Below are positions 30,314 to 46,027 of a stretch of DNA of 64,000 nucleotides, piece after piece. The stretch lies in assembly GCF_009914755.1 (NCBI RefSeq), contig NC_060932.1. The stretch is one strand, 5' to 3'. Both the position numbers and the translations under genes were made by a program. A model generated the notes under the pieces. It had not been told where the DNA came from. It did no database searches and worked only from the letters and a program-made list of their open reading frames with translations. Every line of letters begins with the position of its first letter. The stretch's first letter is position 1. This DNA is from the human T2T-CHM13v2.0 reference genome, Homo sapiens.

Positions 30314-32221
30314 AGAAATATTTATTACTTTCTAGCCTACAGACTTTTCATTGTCAAAACTGATCACTCAGTTTGCAGCCAGTAAGTCTGTTCTGTTGGT
30401 TTCTTATTGCATAATCCCAGGACTTCAGTTTTCTTCTCTCATGTAAGCCTGGTTTAAAAGAAAGAGCCAAATCAAAGATTCAGTAAAATGCAAACTATTT
30501 TGTCTTGTCTACTTGGCTCTGCAAAATTATACTTTCCTGTTATAAACAGTAAGCTGCTTAGGGAAGAATTCCAGCAATTTGTCTTTCCCAGTGCTGTTCA
30601 TGGCAGCCAGCGAGGCAACGTATGTACAGCAACTCCCGGTTCTTGTTTAATTTCCTCAGTCAAAACAAGAGATTGTGGTGGTGCCTGCCGGTTCAAAAAT
30701 GGCACATGTTTCTTTTGCCTCTTCTCATTACCCCGTGAATCAGAAGGCGTTAGAACCAGAGGGCTCTTTAAAGGCAATCCTGTTTTACAGATAAGAAACT
30801 GAGGCCTAGGCTTAGTAGCTCATTCAAGGTCATGCATTGTGTAAGTGGTAAAGTTGAGTCTTGAATCCGTTTTGCTTACCCTGAGGTTTTTCTTGGTTTC
30901 CCATTTCTCTAGCTTTCTCTATAACAGTTATTCATGTTCTAGAAAGAAACTATGGGCCCACTAAGTGCATTAGCTGTACTCTCATTCTTGAAATAGCATC
31001 AGACTAGCGGACAATGTGATCACCAGTCACTGATGTGTGTGATGAGAAAGCTTGGTTTGGGAAGTAGGATGGTCATTTAAAGAGAGAAATCTAGGCTCTT
31101 CTCTTTGTTTCTGGGCTATTCCAGGGCATATCTTCACCACTATGGACTGGCTTGGTCAAATGTGATGAATAGACCAGCTTTATAACAGCTTTGCTGCTTG
31201 CAAGCTGGGTTTAACCCTTCTGAGTCTCAGCTTCCGCATTAAATAATGTGACACCTGGCATCCACTGTATACAATTACTAAGATATATATGAAAGTAAAC
31301 TATGAAATACGCTGGAAATGTGAGGTATATTATGATATGGAGGGCATACTACCAAACCCAAGAGTTAGAATGAATAGATGACGGCGGTGATTGGAAATCT
31401 TGTTTGTGCTTTTGCCCAGAGACATGAAACAGATTGTACAAACATCCTCTAAGCGGTGACTTTTCATTCCAGTGAAAGGCATTCTTGAAGGGATGTGCTT
31501 CTAACATGAATCTCTTTGAAAGCTTAGGTTGGAGAGGCAGATTCTCTCTTGTGATAAACCAAATGGATGGAGAAGTGATTTTAGTAACCCTTTCTTGAGT
31601 GATGGGAAACCACAGCCTCTGCTCTGGAGGAAAGCAGAAGTGTGTTTGAGTTTGGGGAAGAAGTGGTGAATAACTGAATTTTTTGATGGATTTTATAGAA
31701 GAGATAAAAATATGTGTTTTTAAAATATATTCTTTTCTGACATCGTTATTATACCTTGAGTACTTTCTTTGGGACTAAGCCTGTGCCTTGTAATGAGAAA
31801 GACACAAAAGTAATGTGTAACGAGGGCCCCAATCATAGGGATTTCCTTCTAATTGATGGCAGACAATTACACAAGATTGTCTATGATTAAAAACCCAAAC
31901 TGCGCTGGAAGGGAAAATTGTTGTGGAATGTCAGAGAAGAAAGAGATCCACGCAGGTAATCGGGAGCTAGTAGCCATTTGTTGAATTGCATTGTGGATGT
32001 GAGATTTGGATTGTTACAAATCAAGACAGGCCCTTGTTCTAGGCAGAAACAAACCATGGACTGAGCTCAGAATTTAGGGGAGAACATAGGAGTCTTCACT
32101 GGAGAGTAGGCTGGAATTTCGCAGATAGTGGAGACAAAGACAGATAATTACGGGCTGGGACAATTTTGGAGGTATTTTGGGTCAGGCTTAGAGATCTAGG
32201 TTTTAAGCAAACCGGTCTTTG

Positions 32222-32253
32222 GTGTGTGCGTGTATATGTGTGTGTGTGTGTGT

Positions 32254-32287
<34 letters not shown>
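32222..32287. repeat. (TG)n microsatellite, interrupted
   Basis: TG run with a few TA/CG interruptions. Confidence 0.95.
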
Positions 32288-32289
<2 letters not shown>

Positions 32290-34025
32290 CCAGCAGTCCT
32301 TGGTAGGTGTTTGTGTTTGGAGCTTCCAGTGCAAGGTGCTGCCTTTGAGAGCTTCTGCTTACTTTTCCAATGACCGGAACCAGGAAGAGGTGAAGCTTGG
32401 TCATTACACAATGCATTGTGACTCAGTGACCTCACTACTTCCTGTTTTCATTTGAGAAGGGGGCCAATGGAAGGGACCATTTCAGTACAAGGCCATGAAT
32501 AGGGAGTAGGAGATGTCAAGGATATGAGGTCTGCCAAACTAGCAGGCAGAGCATTTGCGTAAACCAGCAGACGAATGAAGGAGTTGAACTCCACTGGAAT
32601 AGCAGCGGTGGCCCAGTTACCCATGAGAAAGTCTAGGAATTGGGAATTACTCCTACTTCTGAATCGCGTGCGATTTCTCCTAACCTATGTCACCAGCCAA
32701 TCCTGGTTGTAAATTCATAGCCTAGTCCATAAGCTCAATAGTAAAATAAATTCCAACATACTTTGTCCAGGCTTCTGTGCCAGGAGTGCAGGAGAGCACT
32801 ACTTGGATGACTTCCTTTATCAAGGAGAGGCCACTGGAAAACAGGTGGCTGGACGTGTGCTCCTTCCTGCTCACTGAGAGGTTGACTGTGATGTAAGCCA
32901 AGCTGCAGGTGCAGGGTGCACTGCAGGCCCAGGGAAGAGCTGGGAAGAGCCGGGAAGACCCACCACTGGCAATGTCAAGGACGCCTTTCTTCCCTGTGGG
33001 ATATACTGATGGACTGAGTGACTATCCATTCATCAGTGTGGATGGCCACTCATCAGGCCTGCAGAGATGGGAGCCTTATGGGTTCCTTGGATTGTCAAGT
33101 CCATGGCTAGAGCTGAATCTCTAAGGGAGTTCTTTTTTCCTGGAAAGATGTAGTTCCCTCATCAGTAGAGTGAGGGTAAGAAGTAAATCTACTTAAAAAA
33201 AAAAAAAAACCAGCTTCCGTCAAGTGTAATTTATATACCATAAAATCCACCCGTTTTAAGCATATAATTCACTGATTTTTAGTAAATTTACAGAGTTGTG
33301 TAAATATCACCGCAACCCAGTTTTAGGATGTTTTCATCTCCCCAAGAAGCTCCTTAGGGCCTTTTGTGGTCAATCACCATTCCCTCCTCACAGCCCCAGG
33401 CAACCAATAATCTCCTATATTGCCTTTGATAGATTTGCTAAATTCTGGACATTTTGAATAAATGGTGTCATAAACTATGTGGTCTTTTGCATCTGGCTTC
33501 TTTCCTTTAGTGTAATGTTTTGAGGTTCATTCACGTTGCAGTATGTGTCTGTATTCCATTTCTTTTCATTGCTGCATAGTATTCCATTGCATGGATATAC
33601 CATACTTTGTGTATCCTTTCATCAGTTAATAAATTATTTCCATTTTGGGGGCTATTGTGAATAATGCTACTGTAGTGGATTTCAGTGGCTGCTGTGACAA
33701 ATTATACACTTGATGTCTCAAGACAGTGGGGGTTTATTCTCTCACAGTTCTGGAGATGGGAGTTAGGAAGTCAAGGTGCAAACAGGGCTGTGCTCCCTCC
33801 GGAGGCCCTCGGGGAGGTTCTGTTCCTTGCTTCTTCCAGCTTCTGGTGGATACTGGCCTTCTCTGACTTGCAGTCACATCAGTTCAATCTCAGCCTCCAT
33901 CTGCATGTCGCCTTCTCTCAGGTGTGTCTCTCAGCTCTCTCTCTTTCTCTCTTATAAAGATATATGCGATTGCATTTAAGGCCACCCTGATAATTCAGGG
34001 AAGAGAGCTCCTCTCAAAATCCTTA

Positions 34026-35080
<1,055 letters not shown>

Positions 35081-35929
35081 CCTTAACTTAATCAACTCTT
35101 TTGCCTTACAGGGTAAGATACACAGGTTCCAGGGATTTGATGTGGATTTCTTTTGGCCGGGGGGCACCTTTACAGCCCACCACTGCAGCTCTGAACATTC
35201 ACATAAGGTTCTTATGTAGACACATGGCTTCATTTCTCTTTGTAGGTACCTAGGAATGGATTGCTAGGACCTATGGTAAATTTATGTTTAACTTTTTGAG
35301 AAGTTCCCCAACTGTTTTCAGAAGGGGCTGTATCATGTTACATTCCTACCAGCAATGCGGGAGAGTTCTAGTTTCTCCACATTCTTGCCATTTGTCTGCC
35401 TTTTCTTTTTTCTTTATCATAGCCATTCTAGTGGGTGTGGAGTGGTATCTCACTGTAGTTTTAATTTGTATTTTCCCATGACTAATAGTGTCGAACATCT
35501 CTTCGTGTGCCTGTTAGCTATTCATACATAATTTTTGGCAAAATATCTATTCAAAGCTCTGGCTTGTCTTAAAATTGGGTTGTCTTCTTTTTTTGAGTTA
35601 TGAGTTATTCTATCATTTTTCACAACCCGGCCCAGCCATTGCCAGCCCTAAAGACTGTGGTGGCTGAGGTCACCTTGATTAGGAAGTGCTGGGGTAACCC
35701 AGTTGCCCAGGGTGCCCTGGGCTGGGGCCAGGCACCATCGTTGCACCGTGCCCTGTGTCAGTTTGTCACTGGAGGGTGGATGGGCCTCACAGGTGGCCTT
35801 TTGCCATCAGATACTGTGCCATGGAAGCCAGGACATGGCTCGCCTGTGTACTAGAGATCATCAGTTCCGTGTTCTTGCAGGCTGGCTGTTGTCTGATGAA
35901 CAAGGGCACTGACTAACAAAATCCCACAA

Positions 35930-36150
35930 TATATTTTCATTGTAACTGGATTGTTTCTTTCCTAACACTTATCACAACTTTAACTAGTTATTTCTGTGAT
36001 TATATATTTGATATCTTTCTTCCTTCCACTCAACTGTTAAGTTCCCTGGGGACAGGGGCCATGTCCATGTGATTTGCCCCTCTATCACTAGTCTCTAACA
36101 CAGTTCGTGATGTGTAGCAGGCAACTGATCCATATTTGTTGGATGGGGGA
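35930..36150 (+). mobile_element. L2 3' fragment
   Basis: ctgttaagttccctggggacaggggccatgtc...catatttgttggatgg. Confidence 0.65.
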
Positions 36151-36250
36151 AATGAGGATCCATTTCTGTGCTTTACAGTGGGCAATTCACATGAAATTAT
36201 TAAATAGAGAGTTGTTTGTTGACCGAATTGTTCACTGTGACATGCATTCT

Positions 36251-36545
36251 TTTTTTTTTTTTTTTGAGACGGAGTCTCATTTTATCACCCAGGCTGGTGT
36301 GCAGTGGCGTGATCTCGGCTCACTGCAATCTCTGCTGCCCGGGTTCAAGCAGTTCTCCTGCCTCAGCCTCCCAAGTAGCTGAGATTACATGCGCCTGCCA
36401 CTACGCCCAGCTGATTTTTGTATTTTTAGTAGAGATGGGGTTTCACCATCTTGGCCAGGCTGGTCTTGAACTCCTGACCTCATGATCCACCCACCTCACC
36501 CTCTCAAAGTGCTGAGATTATAGGCGTGAGCCACCGTGCCCAGCC
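36251..36545 (-). mobile_element. AluS immediately upstream of exon 2
   Basis: TSD gtgacatgcattct at 36237-36250 and 36548-36561. Confidence 0.95.
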
Positions 36546-36590
36546 AAGTGACATGCATTCTAATTTCCCTTTTTTATTTCTCATTTCCAG

Positions 36591-36674
36591 CGATCTATAA
36601 CTACAATGCTTCTCAAGATGTGGAGCTCTCCTTGCAGATCGGTGACACAGTTCACATCCTGGAGATGTACGAGG
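36591..36674 (+). CDS. DOCK5: DOCK5 coding exon 2 (84 nt, phase 1-1), N-terminal SH3 domain
   Basis: Acceptor tttttatttctcatttccag|, donor GAGG|gtaagt. Translates (A)[27 protein letters not shown](G), matching the recalled DOCK5 N-terminus [44 protein letters not shown]. Confidence 0.97.
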
Positions 36675-37908
36675 GTAAGTCTGGCTGGCCTTCTGCCAGA
36701 TGAGGGCAAGGGAAAAACAGTGTAAGTTACTTATTAAAAAGGCACTTAGAGTAAACATCAACATGCTTGACTTCCTGAAACAGTGCTAGTAAAAATTCAG
36801 GAAGTACTTGGGTGACACAATTTTGAACAGAGTGTGATTTCAAAACAGCCAGCTGAGTACATGAGCACAAACTTGCACAGACACCAGGGTGAAAGCTCAT
36901 GCATATGTGAAGGGTGCTGGTGTGGCCAGGCCACTTGGGCACAGAAGGATCAGTGACAGAGCTGGCTCGCGAGGAGACACTTGGGATGTTGGGCTGGCAG
37001 TAGCTCAAAGGAAGCACTGCTGATTAAGGGTCTCTTTCTGTTCAGCACTAAATGTTCCCAGGTTGGGGGAGAAATGAGGGAGAGTCTTTCTGGTGTTGCT
37101 GAGATTCTTTTAGAAAATTAGGTCATGACTGCAGCAGGTCCAGAAAGCCTGATTGTATATCTCCTTCAACTAGGTCAGGCGAGGGCCGTGGTTCCATTAA
37201 CCTGTTAGTGGGCTGCGGGGCAGTACTTAGGACTGCCTATTTGTCTGCCAAGCATTGGTCATGTCTGTACCCACTCCACTGCAGGCTTCCAACTTCAGCT
37301 CAGGTTCTCTAAATCCTAGAAGAAGTCTTCCTCCATATATCCACATTTTTAATCCAAACCTCTGGAGCACAACAAAAGCATAGCCAGGCCACTGAAGTTG
37401 AGGACCAAACCAAGAACTATGTTTAGGGTCCAGTTATTCTCTCAGAAGGTTAGGGTACAAATGAGGTGGAAATTAGGCAGATTTGACAGGGACCGTGCAT
37501 TTTCCGGGTCTAGCCCCCATGTAAACCCTTGTGATGGTGAAACGGCAGAGATGGTCCGCGAGGACCCCGTGCAGGTTCCTAGGGTGGGATGGGATGACAC
37601 AGGATGAGAAAGAAGAGATGGGAAGGCAGGAGGAAAGGAAGCAGGATTTGGCCACAGAACAGCTAAATTATCTGCATGGTTGCATGGAAGACTCTGCTAT
37701 TACTGCAGCCTCCCTTTAGTTTTTGGCAGAGGGCTGGGGTTTCACATTATCCTTTTCCCTTCCACACAACTCAATGTAATCATGTAGCTCCCAGGGGCAG
37801 AGAGAAGACAGAGAGGGCTGTGTGAACTCTTCCCTTTTTCTTTCTACTGCTTATTCTCACCATCTCAGGCCCAGCCAAAGCATCAATTCAAAGTCTCCAA
37901 GACACTAG

Positions 37909-38272
<364 letters not shown>

Positions 38273-38458
38273 TACAGCTCTTCCAGTCTTATCAGCTCAT
38301 ACCTCTTTTGTCAGGAGGCCAGGTTAATTCACTTTGTCTAGCCTCAATGGATGCATATTTTCCTATTGTGCAGGTAAAAAGCATATGTTCAATTTTTCTA
38401 ACTCTTCCATGTGGGCTTGGAAAGAATGTATATTTAAGGATTATTGGGTGCAAAGTTC

Positions 38459-38778
<320 letters not shown>

Positions 38779-39008
38779 TAGGTTCTAATTTCTGAGTCAT
38801 TTTTCAGGTTTGCTATATGCTAACTTTTTTTTCCTGCTTTCTCTGTTACTGATAGAACTGTGTTAACTCTTCCACCATGATTGTAGTTTGTGTCTCTTTA
38901 TGGTGATGTCAGCTGTTTGCTTTATGTATTCTGAGACTTGTTTTTAGGTGCCTGCTAATTTAGAATTGTTGTGTTAAACAGTTCTAACTTTTAATTCCTA
39001 TTTATTAA

Positions 39009-39493
<485 letters not shown>

Positions 39494-39616
39494 AGGAATT
39501 CTTTCTTAAATCAGCAGATGGATGCCCCAAGCGGAAAGCAGCCCCAGATGCTGAGCTGGTCTTTTTAGGTTTTGGTCTCTTTCAGATTTTGACCTGGTAA
39601 TTCTTCACTGCCATGT

Positions 39617-39621
<5 letters not shown>

Positions 39622-39667
<46 letters not shown>
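39622..39667. repeat. (TG)n microsatellite
   Basis: About 23 perfect TG units. Confidence 0.95.
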
Positions 39668-39668
<1 letters not shown>

Positions 39669-39788
39669 CGGGGGCGGGGTGGGGCAGTGTATATGTTTGT
39701 GTGTGTTGTTTTGTCAAGCTTTTCTAATTGTCCTACAGAGTGTGGGAGGGAAGAATGGAGACTTGGTCTGAAATAAAGTAGGTAATGT

Positions 39789-40100
39789 CTTTTGTTTTTT
39801 GTTTTTTTTTTCTTTGAGACAGGGCCTTGCTCTGTCACCCTAGCTGGAGTACAGTAGTGTGATCATAACTCACTGCAGCCTTGAGCTCCTGGGCTCAAGC
39901 TATCCTCTTGCCTCAGCCTCCCAAGTAGCTGGGATTATAGGCATGTGCCACCACACCCAGCTAATTTATTTATTTATTTTAATGGACACAAGGTCTCACC
40001 AAGTTGCTCAGGCTGATCCCAAACTCCTGGCCTCAAATGATCCTCCTGCCTCAGCCTTCCAAAGTGTTGGGATTGTAGGCATAAGCCATAGCACCTGGCC
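39789..40100 (-). mobile_element. AluJ
   Basis: Diverged antisense Alu. Confidence 0.92.
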
Positions 40101-40225
40101 CAGGTGATACCTTTAAAATATTTCTTCAAATTTTTTTTCATTTTTATGTGACCTCAGCGTATTTCTAAGAAATAGTTAATTGAAACACTTTGTCCTGTTA
40201 GGGTTCATATCAATAGTAATTTTAA

Positions 40226-40521
40226 GGATGAGTGTGGTGGCTCACTCCTGTAATCCCAGCACTTTGGTAGGCTGAGATGGGAGGATCCCTTGAGGCCTAG
40301 AGTTCAAGACCAGCCTGGGCAACATAGTGAGACCTTGTCTCTACAAAAAATTTAAAACTTAGCCAAGCATGGTGACATGCACCTGTAGTCTCAGCTACTT
40401 GGGAGGCTAAGGTGGGAGGATTGCTTGAGCCTGGGAGGCAGAGGCTGCAGTGAGCTGACTACACCACTACACTCCAGCCTGGGCAACAGAGTGAGTCCCT
40501 GTCTCAAAAAGAAAAAAAAAA
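40226..40521 (+). mobile_element. AluJ
   Basis: TSD agtaattttaag. Confidence 0.92.
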
Positions 40522-41897
40522 GTAATTTTAAGTGTCTCACTATACTTTACCAAGAGTTCTCCAGTTGGCCTATAAACATTCCTCAAGACAGCATCCCTAT
40601 GGACCAAGCTAAGGGGGTCACTGAGCTTAGTTGAATATAAATATAATCACAGATACATTCATTTCAAATACCATGCACTTGAGTCCAAACAGTCCAAAAC
40701 CCACAGTGCTTCTAGTATATTACAGCTCACACTACGATATGCTTGTAGGATGTGCTGGCCCATTTGACAGTCACACAAAAATGGTTAACTTCTTCAGTTA
40801 TGGTGATCCGGATGCTGTAGTCCTGCCCGCAAGAAACCGCTCTTCTTAACTGCTACCATAACATTTTTGCTGCGTCAGCCGTAGAACTTTTTCATCTCAA
40901 AGGACGTCAGTGCCTGTTCTTTAAAAGTAAGCGCATGTCAAGGCGTGAAGGGGAGGGAGGTTGAGAACACTTGAGCCTGCACCGTGAGCTTACTGAGTTC
41001 ATTAACCACCAAGGGGCAGGTCAGCTTGACAGAGAGATTACTATATTGGATTATATTTTTCATTAGTGTTTATTTTCTGGGATTAATTTTTAAAATCGTG
41101 CCTACCTTGCCAGATGTCCCATGATAGGTCCTTGTATCTGCTAAGCACTTAGAGTTCTTGGCTTGATTCTCAAATTCCTTTATTATTTAAGGCAGCTCGA
41201 GGCAAGGGCCGGAGTGCTTTGCAAACATGAAACGCGATGGGAATGCTGAGTAATCACTTGTCTTCTACCCCTCTTCTCCTAGTCCCTCTTAACTTTAGAA
41301 AAATAAACACAATGAAAACACCGACAGTCCTGCCGGGTGGAACTGAAGGGTGACACTGGCACTGTATTGTGGCCCTGGGATTCGTGTCTTCCAGCTTCCT
41401 GTCGGAGCTGACTTTGGGGCGCTCCCTCTGCACTCTGCCCCACCCTGCCCTCGAGATGTCTGCATACCAGATCTGTGTGTGTTTTTCCAGCGTGGACATG
41501 AATCCACCCAGACATGAAACATTTTTTCTGCCCACCGCCCGGGACAGAATACTATTTTTGATTCTCCTTTTTCTGTTTCCTGCCGTGTGGTTGGCTGAAA
41601 AATTTCAGAAAGTATTGGCTCCTTGAAGGCAAAGCCTGTTCCTCCTTCATCTGCAGAGCCTGTGCCTCCCTAGCTCCTGGTATACGGCAGGTGCTCAGCA
41701 ACAATCTATTGAATGATGAAGGTAAAATAGGAGACCAAGGCAAGCTGGTGTAGAGAGTAAGGGGGTCAGGGGTCACCTCCACAAAACCCTGGGTATTACA
41801 AGGCAGAGGTGCTGTTCCTTCTCTATGAGGGAAATACAGGGGGTGCTAATGTTTTTTGGTCCTCTGCAATTATAGGAGGATTTAGTCATTGCTGAAG

Positions 41898-42211
41898 TTT
41901 TTGTTTTTATTTTATTTATCTTTTTTTTAGAGACAGGGTCTTGCTGTCCCCCAGGCTGGAATGCAGTGGCATAATAACAGCTCACTGTAACCTTGGCCTT
42001 TTGGACTCAACGGATGCTCCTGCTTCAGCCTCTTGAGTAGTTGAGACTACTGGTACATGCCACCATGCCTAGCTAATGTTTTTAATTTTTTAGGAGAGGT
42101 GAAGCCTTGCTGTGTTGCCCTAGCTGGTCTGGAACTCCCGGCCCTTAGCGATCCTTCCACCTCGGCCTCCCAGAGTATAGGGATTACAGGTGTGAGCCAT
42201 CGTGCCTGGCC
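41898..42211 (-). mobile_element. AluJ
   Basis: Diverged antisense Alu. Confidence 0.9.
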
Positions 42212-42214
42212 TTG

Positions 42215-43060
<846 letters not shown>

Positions 43061-43477
43061 TTGAGCTTTGGCTCCAAAACAGGCGACCAGAGTCCAGATG
43101 AACGAGCTTCTATCCATCATCTTTTTTCACTCATTTGACTCTCTGGCCTTGCCCCTGAACTTCATTTGTTGCTAAATGAAGGAAAGAAGCAGAACTGACT
43201 GAGAAGCTATCTACTGCTCATCCGTTACAGGTCTCCAGGAATTATTTGTCTTTAGAGACTTTATCAGGAAACAGAATTCCTTAAGGACTGAAGCGAGCGT
43301 TCTTGCCTTTCTTCATCTTTGGCACTGGCTTGCCCACAGTCATTTTTGTGTCTTTGCTTCTTTTACTGTGGAATGTATTTGGCAGCGAGGTAGCTGTTTA
43401 TTACTGTGAACGTTCCTTTCCACCCCAGATCCATGGCAGAAAGTGCACTGACTTCTGGAGATGCCCGGCCGTGAGGT

Positions 43478-43690
43478 CATTTATTCATTCAACATTATTT
43501 GCTGAGCACCAAGTATGTGCCAAGTACATTTATTGAGCATGAGAGATGTTCTGGGTACTCTGTGGTCTCTTAAGTGACAAAATGCAAGTTCCTGCTCTCA
43601 TAGGGTTTACATTGGAGGGATAGACAAAACCAAGTAAACAAAGTAAGTAAACAAAACAATTCAGATATGTGCTTACAAATGCTATGGGGA
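43478..43690 (-). mobile_element. L2 3' end
   Basis: catttattcattcaacattatttgctgagcacc...cctgctctcatagggtttacatt. Confidence 0.7.
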
Positions 43691-44617
43691 GAAGAGGGTG
43701 GTATTGCAGAGGCCAGAGGTGGAGGACAGCGATGGAGAGGGAGACGGAAGACTATTGTAGGTTGGTAGTTTTGTCCTTGTCTAGATTGACTGTCCCTGGG
43801 CAAGATATTGCAGCTGTCTTTGTGACAAGGACATTTCATCTAAATTGGAGTCACTTTTTGAGTCAAGAGTGATCAAATGTAAGTGCTTTGAAAAGTGCAT
43901 AGTACCTTGTATGTGTCAGGTTTCAGCATCCTGTTACCATGGAGCTCCCCTCTCCTGTGATTAACGTCACTCCAGTCACAAGTGGTTTTAGGCCTGGAGT
44001 CTGAGGTTCCTCTAGTGCTGGTTTCCTGTGTTTAATTCATATCCATCGATTAACTCTTTTTCTGCTCCGTAAACCACTCACAAGCTCACGAGAAAGGGCG
44101 GCTGGTATGCTGGTGTTAGCAGTGATTTCTGGGGTAAATACAACACAATTGACCGCTGTTGGAACAAACACAACGAAATGTCTCAAAGGTGAGCTGAACT
44201 GTACAGAGGCAGGCACAGCACATATTATTTCAGGGCAATTTGTAAAGACTCGAAGGATAGCACAAATGCTTGGACTGGAACCAGAGGAAACAGGCAAACC
44301 TGAAAAGTTAAAAGAAACAAAAAGAAGGGTTTGTATACGTACAGGAGTTCCCCAGAATACCCATGTTATTTCTTCTATATAGAAGAAGTCTAGTTTTTGA
44401 ATGCACTTTAATCAAAAAATCTACTTCCCTCTAATATGAAAAGGAATAAAAATGTATTAAGACTTGAGCTGTATGTGTTTTGAATCTCATTTTTATAAAG
44501 CAGGCCTTTGTGAGTAGGGACAGTGGGCAGTGTTATGACAGGTAAGTTACATGGCAATGAATTTTGTCTGCATGTTTGCCAAAACTTTCTAACAGAGATA
44601 TAAAAAAGAAGAGAGTG

Positions 44618-44918
44618 GGCTGGGTGCGGTAGCTCATGCCTGCAATCCCAGTACTTTAGGAGGCTGAGGCGGGCAGATCACATGAGGCCAGGAGTTTGAG
44701 ACCAGTCTGGCCAACATGGCAAAACCCTGTCTCTACTAAAGATACAAAAATTAGCCGGGCATGGTGGTGTGCACCCATAATCCCAGCTACTTAGGAGACT
44801 GAGGCACAAGAATCGCTTGAACCCGGGAGGCAGAGGTTGCAGTGAGCTGAGATCACGCGTGCCATTGCACTCCAACCTGGGTGACACAGCAAGACTCTAT
44901 CTCAAAAAAAAAAAAAAA
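44618..44918 (+). mobile_element. AluS
   Basis: Sense Alu dimer with poly-A. Confidence 0.95.
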
Positions 44919-45748
44919 GAGTGCTTTTAAAAGATTTTTTTCAAACAGAGGCTTAATCATCATCCTTTAGAGATGTGGTAATAGGAACCCTGCATTGGAT
45001 TATGATACAGTATGGTATCTAACGTTTTGAGAATGTCTGTCTGATTGTCACATTCTGTTATGCTCTATGACAATTAATTCTGTAACACTGAAATCTCTTT
45101 ATTGTTCCTCCTTTCTACTTGTTTCTTTCTCTACTTGGTCATCCATGCACAGTGGTCAGAAGCCAAGAGAGAGACAAAAGATTCAAAATTGCTGTTAAAA
45201 ATCAGTTCTTAATAGAATGTGTAAAAGTTTACTGGATATAAGCTTCAATAGGGGTGTCCAAGGTATTTGTAACTTCCGTTTACTTTTGTTACCTGCTAAT
45301 TAAAATAATTGAAAGTTTATTGTAATTCAAAATCTATATAGTCTCCACGATCTAGGTATAGAAATACTGCCTTTCTCATACATAAATGGCAGTGAGCCTA
45401 ACAGCTTGGATTTTATGACGCTGCGTGCAAATATTTTGGCATTAGCCTGGAAAGCAGATAAGGCCATGTGGCATTTTGTTGAGTGTGCTTGGTCACTTCC
45501 CACATCTGTTTGACCTTTACCTTAAGTACAGCTTGTGAGCTACTACTGCTGGTGACATATGTTCCTGAGATGTGTTTTTCAAAAGATATGTGTGGCAGTA
45601 GGAGGGTGTTTACCAGAGAAATTAATTAAAAGGAGTGTCAGTGAAAAGTCTTATCTCGGATTTAATCTTTAAAAAAAGCGAATGCCTTCTATTTTTCCTT
45701 TTCAGGTATGTTTCAGTATGCTTCTAAAATTCTAAAATTCCATCTTTA

Positions 45749-46027
45749 TTTATTTTTTTGAGACAGAGTGTTACCCTGTCTCCCAGGCTGGAGTGCAGTG
45801 GTGCAATCTTGGCTCACTACAACCTCTGCCTCCTGGGTTCAAGTGATTTTCATGCCTCAGCCTCCCGAGTAGCTGGGATTACAGGCACGTGCCACCACGC
45901 CCAGCTAATTTTTAGTAGAGACGTGGTTTTGCCATGTTGGCTAGGCTGGCCTCAAACTCCTGGCCTCATGTGATCTGCCCACCTTGGCCTCCCAAAGTGC
46001 TGGGATTGCAGGTATGAACCACCAACC
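45749..46027 (-). mobile_element. AluS
   Basis: TSD ctaaaattccatcttta. Confidence 0.93.

Noticed and set aside
44107-44382. 91-aa ATG-initiated ORF in non-repeat sequence
   Set aside because: No recognisable homology, promoter or splice support; the length is within chance expectation.
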